Positions 42,727-51,732 are shown, counted from the first letter of the stretch. The stretch: 64,000 bases of DNA from Flavobacteriaceae bacterium (GCA_050249695.1 JBFWQA010000002.1:449842-513841); one strand, 5' to 3'. The notes: generated by a model from the sequence alone, not told the origin. A program made the numbers and translations.

Positions 42727-43629
42727 TCAGGAAAACAGGACCGACGACAAGGCCCGTCTTCCGGCGACGGTGGCTTCGTCCATGGGGCCCCAGGCGTCGA
42801 AGAACTTCAGCAGTTGCACACGCGCCGCCTCATCGTTCCAGGCGCGGTTGCGGCGGACGATCTCGATCAGCTCCCGGGCGGCCGCCTCGCGCTTGCCACG
42901 GGCATTGAGCACGAGCGCCATGTCGAAACGCGCCTGATGGTTGTTGGGATCCGTGATGATGGCCGCTTCCAGATCGGCGAGATCCTCCAGCTTGCCGGCC
43001 ATCTCGGCCAGTTCCAGTTCCGCGACCGCACCGGCGATGTGGCTGTCGCCTTCCTTGCCGGCGGGCACGATGGAGAGCGTCTGGCGCGCGCGCTCCAGGT
43101 CGCCGGCCTTCACCATGCAGCGGATCAGGCCGCCGATCGCATGGAGATTTTCCTGTTCCTGCTGCAGCACCGTCGAATAGGCCTGGGCGGCGGCGTTCAC
43201 GTCGCCCGCGCCGAGCGCCTCGTCACCGGCGGCCAGCATGTCCTCGACCGGGTTCCCGACGGGGCCGGCGAGCTTCTGGATGAAGGCGCGGATCTGGGTC
43301 TCGCCCTGCGCGCCCATGAAACCGTCGACCGGGCGGCCGTTCTTGAAGGCGAATACGGCGGGAATGGACTGCACGCCCATCTGGCCGGCGATCTCGGGAT
43401 ATTCGTCGATATTCATCTTCACCAGCTTCACCGCGCCGCGCGCGTCGCGCACGACCTTCTCCAGCACCGGCGTCAGCTGCTTGCACGGGCCGCACCAGGG
43501 CGCCCAGAAATCGACGAGCACCGGTACGTCCTTGGACGCCTCGATGACGTCGGCCATGAAGGTCTGGGTGGTGGTGTCCTTGATCAGGCCGCCCGCTGCG
43601 GGGCCGGCGCCGTTGAGATCGATCTGCAT
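42727..43629 (-). CDS. Thioredoxin-domain plus TPR co-chaperone (YbbN/CnoX-like)
   Basis: Within ORF 42727..43689. VLVDFWAPWCGPCKQL is followed by a TPR-like C-terminus. ATG at 43629. Confidence 0.88.
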   Translation of the reverse strand: MQIDLNGAGPAAGGLIKDTTTQTFMADVIEASKDVPVLVDFWAPWCGPCKQLTPVLEKVVRDARGAVKLVKMNIDEYPEIAGQMGVQSIPAVFAFKNGRPVDGFMGAQGETQIRAFIQKLAGPVGNPVEDMLAAGDEALGAGDVNAAAQAYSTVLQQEQENLHAIGGLIRCMVKAGDLERARQTLSIVPAGKEGDSHIAGAVAELELAEMAGKLEDLADLEAAIITDPNNHQARFDMALVLNARGKREAAARELIEIVRRNRAWNDEAARVQLLKFFDAWGPMDEATVAGRRALSSVLFS

Positions 43630-43728
43630 GGCGGGTTTCTCTTCGATGTCTTCACTTGGGCCAAAGATTTGGTCAAAAGATAGGCGCAAGCGGCGCGGAA
43701 TATAAGCCCCGCCTCACGCGCGCCGGGA

Positions 43729-44253
43729 TCAGTCGCCGCCGTCGCCGTCCTCGCGCACCGGCAGATCGACGATCAGGGGCGCGTGGCCGCAGCTTTTCAC
43801 GAAAGCCATCAGCGCCTCGCTGGTGATCGTCGTCGTCGCCTCGTTGGTCAGCGGATGGAAATTGACGAGGCGGGATTCGACAAGGCCGCGGTCGAACACC
43901 GGCGTCACCTTTCTCTGCGGGTCGTTGATGAGCGCGAAGGGGGTGACGGAGCCCGGCTTTATGCCGAGCGTCTCCTCCAGCAGTTCGGCGCGCCCGAAGC
44001 TCAGCCTTGCCGAGCCGATCACGCGGTCGAGGCGCTTCAGATCGACCGCAAGTTCCTCGCGCGCGACAACGAGCCAGAGCCGGCCCTTCTTGTCCTTCAG
44101 GAAGAGGTTCTTGGCGTGCGCGCCCTCGATCTCGCCGCGCAGCCCCTGCGACTCCTCCACCGTGAAGAGCGGCGGATGGGTGACGGTCGTATGGGCGATG
44201 CCCAGCGCATCGAGCCGGGCGAGCAGGTCTTCCATCGTCGCGGGCACGGGCAA
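43729..44253 (-). CDS. YbaK/ProX-type aminoacyl-tRNA deacylase domain protein
   Basis: ORF 43729..44253. HAKNLFLKDKKG...LGIKPGSVTPFAL. The start is TTG 44253 (GGAG upstream) or ATG 44235. Confidence 0.8.
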   Translation of the reverse strand: MPVPATMEDLLARLDALGIAHTTVTHPPLFTVEESQGLRGEIEGAHAKNLFLKDKKGRLWLVVAREELAVDLKRLDRVIGSARLSFGRAELLEETLGIKPGSVTPFALINDPQRKVTPVFDRGLVESRLVNFHPLTNEATTTITSEALMAFVKSCGHAPLIVDLPVREDGDGGD

Positions 44254-44338
44254 CTCAGCTCCGAAGGGTGGCAGGGTGTCTCGCGCCGGGTTCTAGCGGG
44301 CGGCGGGCAAAGCATCAACCACGCGGGCAAAACGCCTG

Positions 44339-44367
44339 TTGCAATCGCCGCCAAGCTGCGCCATATA
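44339..44367 (+). promoter_or_regulatory. Possible sigma-70 promoter for tRNA-Gly
   Basis: TTGCAA-N17-CATATA lies about 28 nt upstream of the mature tRNA 5' end. Confidence 0.35.
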
Positions 44368-44394
44368 GGCGCCGTCGCCTTCGAGGCGGATCGA

Positions 44395-44469
44395 GCGGGT
44401 GTAGCTCAGGGGTAGAGCACAACCTTGCCAAGGTTGGGGTCGTGGGTTCGAATCCCATCGCCCGCTCCA
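44395..44469 (+). tRNA. tRNA-Gly (anticodon GCC)
   Basis: Hand-folded cloverleaf: acceptor GCGGGTG/CGCCCGC, D arm GCTC/GAGC, anticodon stem CAACC/GGTTG with loop TTGCCAA, T arm GTGGG-TTCGAAT-CCCAT, and an encoded CCA. Confidence 0.93.
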
Positions 44470-44559
44470 GATTTTCCCCAAAATACCTATGGAATGAATC
44501 GCTCGACGTTTCTCTCAAAGGGGCGCGCGGCATTTCCGATGCGTTTGGCGTCTGGCGCG

Positions 44560-45270
44560 CTAAGCGGCCGCCGTCTCTTGTTGCTTGAAAATCAACATAT
44601 CCGGCGAAATGGCGTCCCTTGGGACCATGGAATATTTGCTGGCAATATCCCCAACAACGGTCCACGCTTCCTTCCGTCCAAGGCGGGCACCCTGTTCAGC
44701 CAACTTGCCTATATTCTGAGAGGCGACGATCCGCACGATATCCCCAAAGGTTTTTATTTCCGGCGGAAACGTCGCTGCGAAAACGAGCGACAGAACGAAT
44801 ATCGTGACCGCCACGGGCATTGACGCGAGGAAAACCCATCCGGGCACGCTCAAAACATCAAGCAGGCTCAAGGTCAGTAGCGCGATCGGCAGGGCAAATA
44901 GCAGGCAATAAGCGGTGGTGCCCCAAAAGCCAAGATTAGGAACGAATGGCCTCATCCCGCCATCCTTTTGAATAATCGCGCAAATCTTGCGTACAGAAAG
45001 GCCGGAAAGCTCATTGATCGGTGTCTTGGGTCGCAATTCAATGTCTAGCTTTGGCTGCAACAAGCCACGCAATCTGTAAAAGCATATGGCGGTTGCGCAT
45101 CGACCATCGAATCCATCATCGCCCAACGGCTCCGCGAATCCTTCGAACAGATCGCCGACCGTTTCGCATGGACGTGCTTCACTGAACACAGGGGAGTAGC
45201 CGAACGCCTCCGCGAGGTCATGGACCAACTCTTCGGCGAATTCACCGTTCAAACCGAGCGATGTCGTCAT
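44560..45270 (-). CDS. Hypothetical membrane protein (two central TM helices; termini with carrier-protein-like helices)
   Basis: ORF 44560..45270 has normal (not Arg/Ala-inflated) composition. TM helices are TTAYCLLFALPIALLTLSLL and WVFLASMPVAVTIFVLSLVFAATF. Confidence 0.6.
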   Translation of the reverse strand: MTTSLGLNGEFAEELVHDLAEAFGYSPVFSEARPCETVGDLFEGFAEPLGDDGFDGRCATAICFYRLRGLLQPKLDIELRPKTPINELSGLSVRKICAIIQKDGGMRPFVPNLGFWGTTAYCLLFALPIALLTLSLLDVLSVPGWVFLASMPVAVTIFVLSLVFAATFPPEIKTFGDIVRIVASQNIGKLAEQGARLGRKEAWTVVGDIASKYSMVPRDAISPDMLIFKQQETAAA

Positions 45271-45402
45271 CGGAGCGTCTCCTTCAACTCATCAAGCCTA
45301 GCGCCGAGCGGTCATTTCACAAACCTTGTTCTTACACATATGCGTTGTCTTCGAAGGGTTGCTCGACAAAGTGCGGACGTCCGCACACGATGGCCTGACG
45401 CG

Positions 45403-45966
45403 ATGCAAGGTCATGGGGCAACATTGGCGCAGGGTATCGGGCGGCTGTTGATGCCGGAAGAGCGGGTCGTCTGGGAAGGGCGGCCGAAGACCGGCCTGCT
45501 CTTTCGGCGCAACGAAGGCTTTCACATCGGCATGAGTCTGATCTGGGCAGTGTTCTTTGTGGCCGTATTCTGGGATATTGGATTCTGGAGAGCGGATAGC
45601 CCTTTCTTCCTGAAACTGTTCAGCCTGCCCTTTGTCGTCGCCGGGTTTTTTGCACTCGTCGGACGATTCTGGATCGATATGTGGGTTCGCCGCAGGCTCC
45701 GCTACGCCGTTACGAACCGCCGTATCATGATCATGAAAGGCGATGGCGCGTCGGTGTCGAGATCGTTCGACATCACGCGGCTGCCGGCACTTGAGCTGGA
45801 GGAAAGGCCAGACGGCAGCGGAACGATCAAATTCGGCGAAACGGATCGCGGCATTTTTGCAAGCAGGGACTTCGGTTTCTGGATACCAGCGCTTTCCGCA
45901 ACGCCGCAATTTCTTGCCATTGAGAAGGCCCGCTCGGTCTTCGAACTTATTCAGAAGCAGAAATAG
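45403..45966 (+). CDS. Bacterial PH-domain (bPH_2/YdbS-like) membrane protein
   Basis: Within ORF 45220..45966. EERVVWEGRP, two TM helices, then RYAVTNRRIMIM...GTIKFG, a typical bPH topology. The start is ATG 45403 or ATG 45451. Confidence 0.6.
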   Translation: MQGHGATLAQGIGRLLMPEERVVWEGRPKTGLLFRRNEGFHIGMSLIWAVFFVAVFWDIGFWRADSPFFLKLFSLPFVVAGFFALVGRFWIDMWVRRRLRYAVTNRRIMIMKGDGASVSRSFDITRLPALELEERPDGSGTIKFGETDRGIFASRDFGFWIPALSATPQFLAIEKARSVFELIQKQK

Positions 45967-46009
45967 GTGCCGCGGCGGCGAGGTTCGAAAGCGCAGGTGA
46001 ATTGCGAGT

Positions 46010-46699
46010 ATGTTTGAAGCGGAGTTTGATCGGTTTGCCGACGAGTACAGAAAGCAGCACGCGCACAGCATACGCTTCAGCGGGGAGAATCCCGAATTCT
46101 TCGCGGCATACAAGGTCGCGATCGTCTCGGAAGAGGCGCCTGCATCCGGCGACGATCACCGCATACTGGATTTTGGCGGGGGAATCGGAAACTCGCTTGG
46201 CCATTTCCGGCAGTATTACCCGGATAGCGAGATTGTCGTTGCCGACCCGTCGTCCAGGTCGCTCGACATTGCCAGAGGGCGGTTCCCGGCCGAACGCAAT
46301 TTTTGTCACCTGACGGGCGATGAACTCCCCTTTGAGGATGAAACCTTCCACATCGCCTTCGCTGCCTGTGTGTTCCACCATATTCCCGCCGCATCCCATC
46401 TGAAATTCCTGTCCGAACTTCGCCGCGTGTTGCGGCCGGGCGGAAGCCTGTTTGTCTTCGAGCACAACCCTTACAATCCGCTGACGCGGAAAGCCGTGAA
46501 TGATTGTGAATTCGATGCCGGCGTCACGCTCATAACGGCCCGGGAAATGCGATCCCGGCTACGCTCGGCAGGATTTGACGATTTGAAAGTCCGCTACCGC
46601 ATTTTCTTTCCCGGCTTCCTGCGGAATTTGAGGCCGATAGAGCCCTGGATGGGGCGGGTTCCGCTCGGCGGGCAGTTCTACGCCCATGCGAGGGTGTGA
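46010..46699 (+). CDS. Class I SAM-dependent methyltransferase (small-molecule type)
   Basis: ORF 46010..46699. Motif I is ILDFGGGIGN, with post-I VVADPS and LRPGGSLFVFEHN. No DNA-methyltransferase DPPY/NPPY motif is seen. Confidence 0.8.
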   Translation: MFEAEFDRFADEYRKQHAHSIRFSGENPEFFAAYKVAIVSEEAPASGDDHRILDFGGGIGNSLGHFRQYYPDSEIVVADPSSRSLDIARGRFPAERNFCHLTGDELPFEDETFHIAFAACVFHHIPAASHLKFLSELRRVLRPGGSLFVFEHNPYNPLTRKAVNDCEFDAGVTLITAREMRSRLRSAGFDDLKVRYRIFFPGFLRNLRPIEPWMGRVPLGGQFYAHARV

Positions 46700-46703
46700 C
46701 GGC

Positions 46704-46720
46704 GGTCGTAGGTGTCGAAC
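46704..46720 (+). repeat. Degenerate copy of the tRNA-Gly T-arm region (possible att remnant)
   Basis: GGTCGTAGGTGTCGAAC compared with tRNA 44438-44453 GGTCGTGGGT-TCGAAT. About 14-15 of 17 positions match, with one gap. It lies in the 37-nt spacer at the islet edge. Confidence 0.25.
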
Positions 46721-46736
46721 ACTCTCCGTCGAGACG

Positions 46737-47579
46737 CTATTGCGCCGTCTCCTGTCTGCCCGCCCTTGCCACCTTCATCCGCGTCCCCAGAAACGCCGCG
46801 ATGAACGCCGCCGTCAGCAGCAGAACGATGGTCGGGGCCGGGGCGCTGTCGATGAAGAAGCTGAGATAGACGCCGAGAAACGAGGCGGCGACGCTGACGG
46901 TGGCGGCGACGATCAGCATCGCGCCGAAGCGCCGCGTCGTCAGGAAGGCGATGGCGCCCGGCGCGATCAGCAGCGCGATGGTGAGAATGATGCCGGTCGC
47001 CTTCAGCGCGCCGACAATGGTCAGCGACAGCATCGCCAGCAGGCCGTAATGCAGCAGCGAAACCTTCAGCCCGATGGCGCGGGCCTGCTGCGGATCGAAG
47101 GCATGGAGCAGGAAATCCTTCCATTTGAGCGCGACGATCCCGCTTGTGAGGAGGGCGATGATCGCGGCCTCGATCAGGTCGGCCGGATAGACGCCGAGCA
47201 TGTCGCCGAAGAGGATGTGATCGAGATGCACGTCGGTCTGGATGCTGGTGTAGAGCACGAGCCCGAGGCCGAACATGCCGGAGAAGACGATCCCCATGAC
47301 GGTGTCCTGCTTGATGCGGCTGTTCTCGTCGAGAAAGCCGGTGAGGATGGCGCAGAGCATGCCGGCGGCGAAGGCGCCGATACCGAGCGGGATGCCGGCG
47401 ATATAGGCAAGGACGACGCCGGGAAAGACGGCGTGGGATACCGCGTCGCCCATCAGCGCCCAGCCCTTCAGCACCAGAAAGCATGACAGCAGCGCGGTCG
47501 GCACCGCGACGATGACCGAGATCAGCAGCGCGTCGCGCATGAAGGGGAACTGGAAGGGAAGCGTCAGCTGCTCGAGCAT
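46737..47579 (-). CDS. sitD: Manganese/iron ABC transporter permease SitD
   Basis: This is the 3' part of the fused ORF 46737..48407. MLEQLTLPFQFPFMRDALLISVIV... belongs to the ABC-3 permease family. ATG at 47579. Confidence 0.88.
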   Translation of the reverse strand: MLEQLTLPFQFPFMRDALLISVIVAVPTALLSCFLVLKGWALMGDAVSHAVFPGVVLAYIAGIPLGIGAFAAGMLCAILTGFLDENSRIKQDTVMGIVFSGMFGLGLVLYTSIQTDVHLDHILFGDMLGVYPADLIEAAIIALLTSGIVALKWKDFLLHAFDPQQARAIGLKVSLLHYGLLAMLSLTIVGALKATGIILTIALLIAPGAIAFLTTRRFGAMLIVAATVSVAASFLGVYLSFFIDSAPAPTIVLLLTAAFIAAFLGTRMKVARAGRQETAQ

Positions 47580-47581
47580 TT

Positions 47582-48457
47582 CTAAGCCGCGCTTTCCTGT
47601 CCGGCGTCCGCCCGCAGGGCCGCGGCCGCCTTGCGCCGCGCGGCGAGATAGCCGTGTTTCGGCGCGAGCATGAAGACGATGCCGAAGATCGCCGTCTGCA
47701 GGCAGATGATGACGCCGCCCGTCGCGCCGTTGAGGAAATAGCTGGCATAGGCGCCGATGAGGCAGGTCAGGGCGCCGATGGCGACGGAAATGAGGATCAG
47801 GCGCGCGAAGCGGTCGGTGATGAGATAGGCGGTGGCGCCGGGCGTCACCACCATGGCGATGACGAGAAACGCGCCGACCGTCTGCATGGCGGCGACCGTC
47901 GAGGCGCTGAGCAGGGTGAAGAAAAGCACCTTCAGCGCGTTCGGATTGATGCCGACGGAGCGGGCATGGCTCTCGTCGAAGAAGGCGACCAGCAGGTCCT
48001 TCCATTTGAGCGTCAGCAGCAGCAGCGAGACGCCCGAGATGATGACCAGCTGAAGCGTATCGAACGGCGTGATGGCGAGGATGTTGCCGAGAACGATGGT
48101 CTGGATGTTCACCGACGCCGGCGACAGCGAGATCATGAACAGGCCAAGGCCGAAGAAGGATGTGAAGATGAGGCCGATGACGGCGTCTTCCTTCAGCCGC
48201 GTGCGCTGGTTGAGGAAAAGGATCGCGCCGGCCGCCATGCCGCCGGCAAGGAAGGCGCCGAGCGAGAAGGGCAGGCCGAGCATATAGGCCCCGGCGACCC
48301 CCGGAACGATGGAGTGGGAGAGCGCGTCGCCGATCAGCGACCAGCCCTTCAGCATCAGATAGGCGGAAAGAAAGGCGCAGGTGCCGCCGACAAGCGCCGA
48401 CACCCACATGGCATTGACCATGTAACCGTAGCTGAAGGGCTCCAGCAGCGTTTCCAT
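47582..48457 (-). CDS. sitC: Manganese/iron ABC transporter permease SitC
   Basis: ORF 47582..48457. ABC-3 permease family. Confidence 0.88.
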   Translation of the reverse strand: METLLEPFSYGYMVNAMWVSALVGGTCAFLSAYLMLKGWSLIGDALSHSIVPGVAGAYMLGLPFSLGAFLAGGMAAGAILFLNQRTRLKEDAVIGLIFTSFFGLGLFMISLSPASVNIQTIVLGNILAITPFDTLQLVIISGVSLLLLTLKWKDLLVAFFDESHARSVGINPNALKVLFFTLLSASTVAAMQTVGAFLVIAMVVTPGATAYLITDRFARLILISVAIGALTCLIGAYASYFLNGATGGVIICLQTAIFGIVFMLAPKHGYLAARRKAAAALRADAGQESAA

Positions 48458-48463
48458 CGCGCC

Positions 48464-49351
48464 TCAGCGATTCTCTTCGCGGATTTCGTCGCCAACCTCG
48501 TCATAGACGACGAAGGGCCGCTCATCGTCGGAGATGACGCCGGTGACCGTGCCGCCGGTGGCGGTATCGAAGGCGAAATGGCGGAGCACGCCGCCGAAGG
48601 CCTTTTCCAGATTGTGCCGGGTGAAGACCTCCCGCGTCGGACCTTCCGCCAGCACGGTGCGCAGCAGCAGGACGGCGCGGTCGCAGAATTCCGGGACGGA
48701 GCCGAGATTGTGCGTGGAGACCAGCATCACCCGGCCCTCGTCGCGCAGGCTCTTCAGCAGGCGGATGATCGCGTCCTCGGTCTTCACGTCGACGCCGGTG
48801 AACGGTTCGTCGAGCAGGATGACGCGGGCGTTCTGGGCGAGCGCGCGCGCCAGAAACACGCGCTTGCGCTGGCCGCCGGAAAGTTCACCGATCTGGCGCA
48901 GGCGCAAGTCGGCCATGCCGACGCGCTCCAGCGCCTGGTCGACGGCCTCGCGGTCGGCCCTGCCGGGAATCCTCAGGAAGTTCATGTGGCCGTACCGGCC
49001 CATCATGACCACATCCTGGACGAGGACGGGAAAGTTCCAGTCGACCTCCTCGCTCTGCGGCACATAGGCGACGACATTCTTCTTCAGCGCGACCGGCACG
49101 CCGTCGCCGAGAATGCGGATGTCGCCGCCGCCAAGCTGCACGAAACCCATGATCGCCTTGAAGAGGGTCGACTTGCCGCTGCCATTGACGCCTACGAGGG
49201 CGGTGATGGAGCCTTGAGGCACCTCGAAACTGGCGTGCCGGAGAGCGGTATGGCCGTTGCGGTAGGTCACCGTCGCGTCGCGCACGGCAATGCCGGGCAC
49301 GGTGGAAGACGCCGCTGCGGCGAGGCTCTCCGCGGTCGGCTGGTCTCTCAT
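48464..49351 (-). CDS. sitB: Manganese/iron ABC transporter ATP-binding protein SitB
   Basis: ORF 48464..49351. Walker [10 protein letters not shown], signature LSGGQRKR and Walker B ILLDEP. Confidence 0.92.
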   Translation of the reverse strand: MRDQPTAESLAAAASSTVPGIAVRDATVTYRNGHTALRHASFEVPQGSITALVGVNGSGKSTLFKAIMGFVQLGGGDIRILGDGVPVALKKNVVAYVPQSEEVDWNFPVLVQDVVMMGRYGHMNFLRIPGRADREAVDQALERVGMADLRLRQIGELSGGQRKRVFLARALAQNARVILLDEPFTGVDVKTEDAIIRLLKSLRDEGRVMLVSTHNLGSVPEFCDRAVLLLRTVLAEGPTREVFTRHNLEKAFGGVLRHFAFDTATGGTVTGVISDDERPFVVYDEVGDEIREENR

Positions 49352-50244
49352 TGCGACAGGCCTTTCGCGATCGTCTCGGTGGTGACGCGCAGCAGGTCGA
49401 GATAGGTCGGCACCGGGCCGTCCTTTTCGCTCAGCGAATCGACATAGAGCACGCCGCCATATGCGGCGCCGGTTTCCCTGGCGACCTGCTGGGCCGGCTT
49501 GGCGGAAACGGTGCTTTCGGAGAAAACGGCGGGGATTTCGTGCTCGCGCACCGCGTCGATCACCTTGCGGACCTGCTGCGGCGTTCCCTGCTGGTCGGCG
49601 TTGATGGGCCAGAGATAAAGCTCGTTCAGATCGAAATCGCGGGCGAGATAGCTGAAGGCGCCCTCGCTGGTCACCAGCCAGCGGCGATTGCCGGACAGCC
49701 CGTCCAGCCGCGCCCGGATGGGTGCGATCGCCGCCTCGATCTTCTTCTTGTAGGCCTCGGCGTTGGCGTCATAGGCAGACGCGTTGGCGGGGTCGTGCTT
49801 CATCAGGGCGTCGCGGATGTTGTCGACATAGATCTCCGCATTCTTCGGCGACATCCAGGCGTGCGGATTGGGTTTGCCCGTATAGGGTCCCTCGCCGATG
49901 CTCATCGGGTCCACGCCGTCGGACACCGTGACGGAGGCCACGTCGCGCAGATTGCGGAAGAAGCGTTCGAACCAGAGTTCCAGATTGAGGCCGTTCCACA
50001 GGACGAGGTCGGCGTCCTGCGCGCGCAGGATGTCGCCGGGGGTCGGCTGGTAGTTGTGGATCTCGGCGCCGGGCTTGGTGATCGATTCCACGACCGCATG
50101 CTCGCCGGCGACGTTCGCCGCCATGTCGGCGATCACGGTGAAGGTGGTCACGACCTTGAGTTTGCCGGCAGACGCCGCCGTGGCCGATGTCGACAGGGCG
50201 AGCACCCCGAGCGCGAGCGCCAGCCAATTGCGGACCGATCTCAT
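49348..50244 (-). CDS. sitA: Manganese/iron ABC transporter periplasmic substrate-binding protein SitA
   Basis: Within ORF 49348..50325. It has a signal peptide and the ZnuA/TroA-family motif ([12 protein letters not shown]...[11 protein letters not shown]). ATG 50244 is preceded by AAGGAGA. Confidence 0.9.
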   Translation of the reverse strand: MRSVRNWLALALGVLALSTSATAASAGKLKVVTTFTVIADMAANVAGEHAVVESITKPGAEIHNYQPTPGDILRAQDADLVLWNGLNLELWFERFFRNLRDVASVTVSDGVDPMSIGEGPYTGKPNPHAWMSPKNAEIYVDNIRDALMKHDPANASAYDANAEAYKKKIEAAIAPIRARLDGLSGNRRWLVTSEGAFSYLARDFDLNELYLWPINADQQGTPQQVRKVIDAVREHEIPAVFSESTVSAKPAQQVARETGAAYGGVLYVDSLSEKDGPVPTYLDLLRVTTETIAKGLSQ

Positions 50245-50320
50245 GTGTCTCCTTCCGAAAGGCCGCGCCGTCACTTCGCGAGGCAGCTGAAAAATGGCAC
50301 GGGACAAGTTAGAATGCAAG

Positions 50321-50335
50321 TGCAAGTCATTTGCA
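50321..50335. promoter_or_regulatory. Fur-family (Mur-type) operator candidate upstream of sitA
   Basis: TGCAAGTCATTTGCA is an imperfect TGCAA-N5-TTGCA palindrome. An adjacent ATGCAAG repeat is present. It lies about 80 nt upstream of the sitA ATG. Confidence 0.45.
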
Positions 50336-50463
50336 ACTAGAATGACGTGACGCGTCGTTTGGTTCCACGCCCGTCCGGCGCGGGCGGCGGGATGATCTGC
50401 ATCATTGCGGCGTCCGGGCGAGGATGCGACGGTTCACGCCGCGTTGGCGGGCGGAAGAAACCG

Positions 50464-51732
50464 ATGAATGAAGCGACAGGGCTCAAGAAAGTTCTCGGGT
50501 TGCCGCAACTTGTCTTCTACGCCGTCGGCGTCATCGTCGGGGCGGGCATCTATTCCGTCATCGGCGCGGCGGCGGGTATCGTCGGCGACGGGCTCTGGAT
50601 CAGCTTTCTTATCGGCGCGCTGGTCGCGCTGCTGACGGCGCTCTCCTACGCGGAAATGGCGACCTGTCTGCCCCTGGCCGGCGCCGAATATGTGTATCTG
50701 TCGCGGGCGTTCCCGGGCGTCGCCTGGGCGCCCTTCGCGATGGGAATTCTCCTCATTTTCGGCGGCGCCGCGACGGCGGCCACCGTCGCGATGGCTTTCG
50801 GCGGGTATCTGCAGGGCTTTCTCGACATGCCGCCGGTCCTGTCGGGCCTCGTTCTGCTCGCCGGCATGACGGCCCTTGCCGCGGCGGGGCTGCGCGAAGC
50901 GGGTATCGCCAATGCCGTATTCACCAGTATCGAGGTCGGCGGACTGCTGATCGTGATCGCCGCGGGGCTGCATGGCGGCGGGGTGCCGGCCCTGATGCCG
51001 TCCGGGCCGGCGGGCCTGTTGCCCGCCGCGGCGCTCATCTTCTTCGTCTATCTCGGGTTTGAGGAGATCGCCAATCTGGCAGAGGAAGTGCGCGATCCCG
51101 GCCGCGATCTGCCGCGCGCGATCCTGCTCAGCCTGGCCCTGACGACGCTCATCTATGTGGCCGTGGCGCTCGCGGTCGCCGCGCTGGCCGATCCGGCGGA
51201 GATGGCGGAAAGCGCGGCGCCGCTCGCGATGGCGGTCGAACGCGTGTGGCCGCGCGTCTCAGGCGTGCTTTCGGCAATTGCGCTTTTCGCAACCGCCAAC
51301 ACCGTTCTGATCACCCTGATCGCGGGGGCGCGCATGATTTTCTCCATGGGCCGGAGCGGCGATCTTCCCGGCCTCTTCGGCAGGCTGTCGGGCGGCGGCG
51401 TACCGATCGCCGCGTCCGCCGCGATGCTGATCCTCGCGGCGGCGCTTCTGCCGATCGCGAATGTCCGGCTGCTGGCGGAGCTTTCCTCCTTCGCCGCGCT
51501 GCTCGCCTTCCTCGCCGTCAATGTGTCGCTGATCGTGCTGCGCTACCGTGCGCCGGCGCTGGCGCGGCCCTTCCGGGTGCCGTTCGCGATCGGCCGCCTG
51601 CCCGTCCTGCCGGCGGCGGCCCTCGCTTCGATCCTCATCCTGCTCGTCAGCTTCGACGCGACCGTCTATGCCGGCGGCGCGCTGGCGCTGGCGCTGGCGT
51701 TCCTCGCCTGGAAGCTGCGCCCGGCGCGCTGA
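50464..51732 (+). CDS. APC-superfamily amino acid/polyamine permease
   Basis: Within ORF 50347..51732. LGLPQLVFYAVGVIVGAGIYSVIG, with about 12 TM segments. ATG at 50464. Confidence 0.88.
   Translation: MNEATGLKKVLGLPQLVFYAVGVIVGAGIYSVIGAAAGIVGDGLWISFLIGALVALLTALSYAEMATCLPLAGAEYVYLSRAFPGVAWAPFAMGILLIFGGAATAATVAMAFGGYLQGFLDMPPVLSGLVLLAGMTALAAAGLREAGIANAVFTSIEVGGLLIVIAAGLHGGGVPALMPSGPAGLLPAAALIFFVYLGFEEIANLAEEVRDPGRDLPRAILLSLALTTLIYVAVALAVAALADPAEMAESAAPLAMAVERVWPRVSGVLSAIALFATANTVLITLIAGARMIFSMGRSGDLPGLFGRLSGGGVPIAASAAMLILAAALLPIANVRLLAELSSFAALLAFLAVNVSLIVLRYRAPALARPFRVPFAIGRLPVLPAAALASILILLVSFDATVYAGGALALALAFLAWKLRPAR

Larger units (their letters stand above)
44470..46720. other. Lower-GC genomic islet adjacent to the tRNA-Gly 3' end (three uncharacterised genes, no integrase)
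   Basis: There is a visible drop in G+C and in third-position GC immediately after the tRNA. The high-GC style returns at sitD. A degenerate copy of the tRNA T-arm region sits at the distal edge. Confidence 0.5.

Noticed and set aside
44470-46720. Integrase, transposase, IS ends, CRISPR repeats or restriction-modification genes in the tRNA-Gly islet
   Set aside because: I looked for them on both strands and found none. The methyltransferase lacks DNA-MTase motifs. The islet is therefore reported only as an unexplained low-GC insertion, not as a mobile element or defence system.
46737-48407. 556-aa fused ORF spanning sitD and part of sitC; likewise 51246..54167 (973 aa) and 1472..2506 (344 aa)
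   Set aside because: The upstream portions are out-of-context read-through in Arg-rich frames overlapping neighbouring real genes. Internal ATGs that give homologue-like N-termini were used instead.
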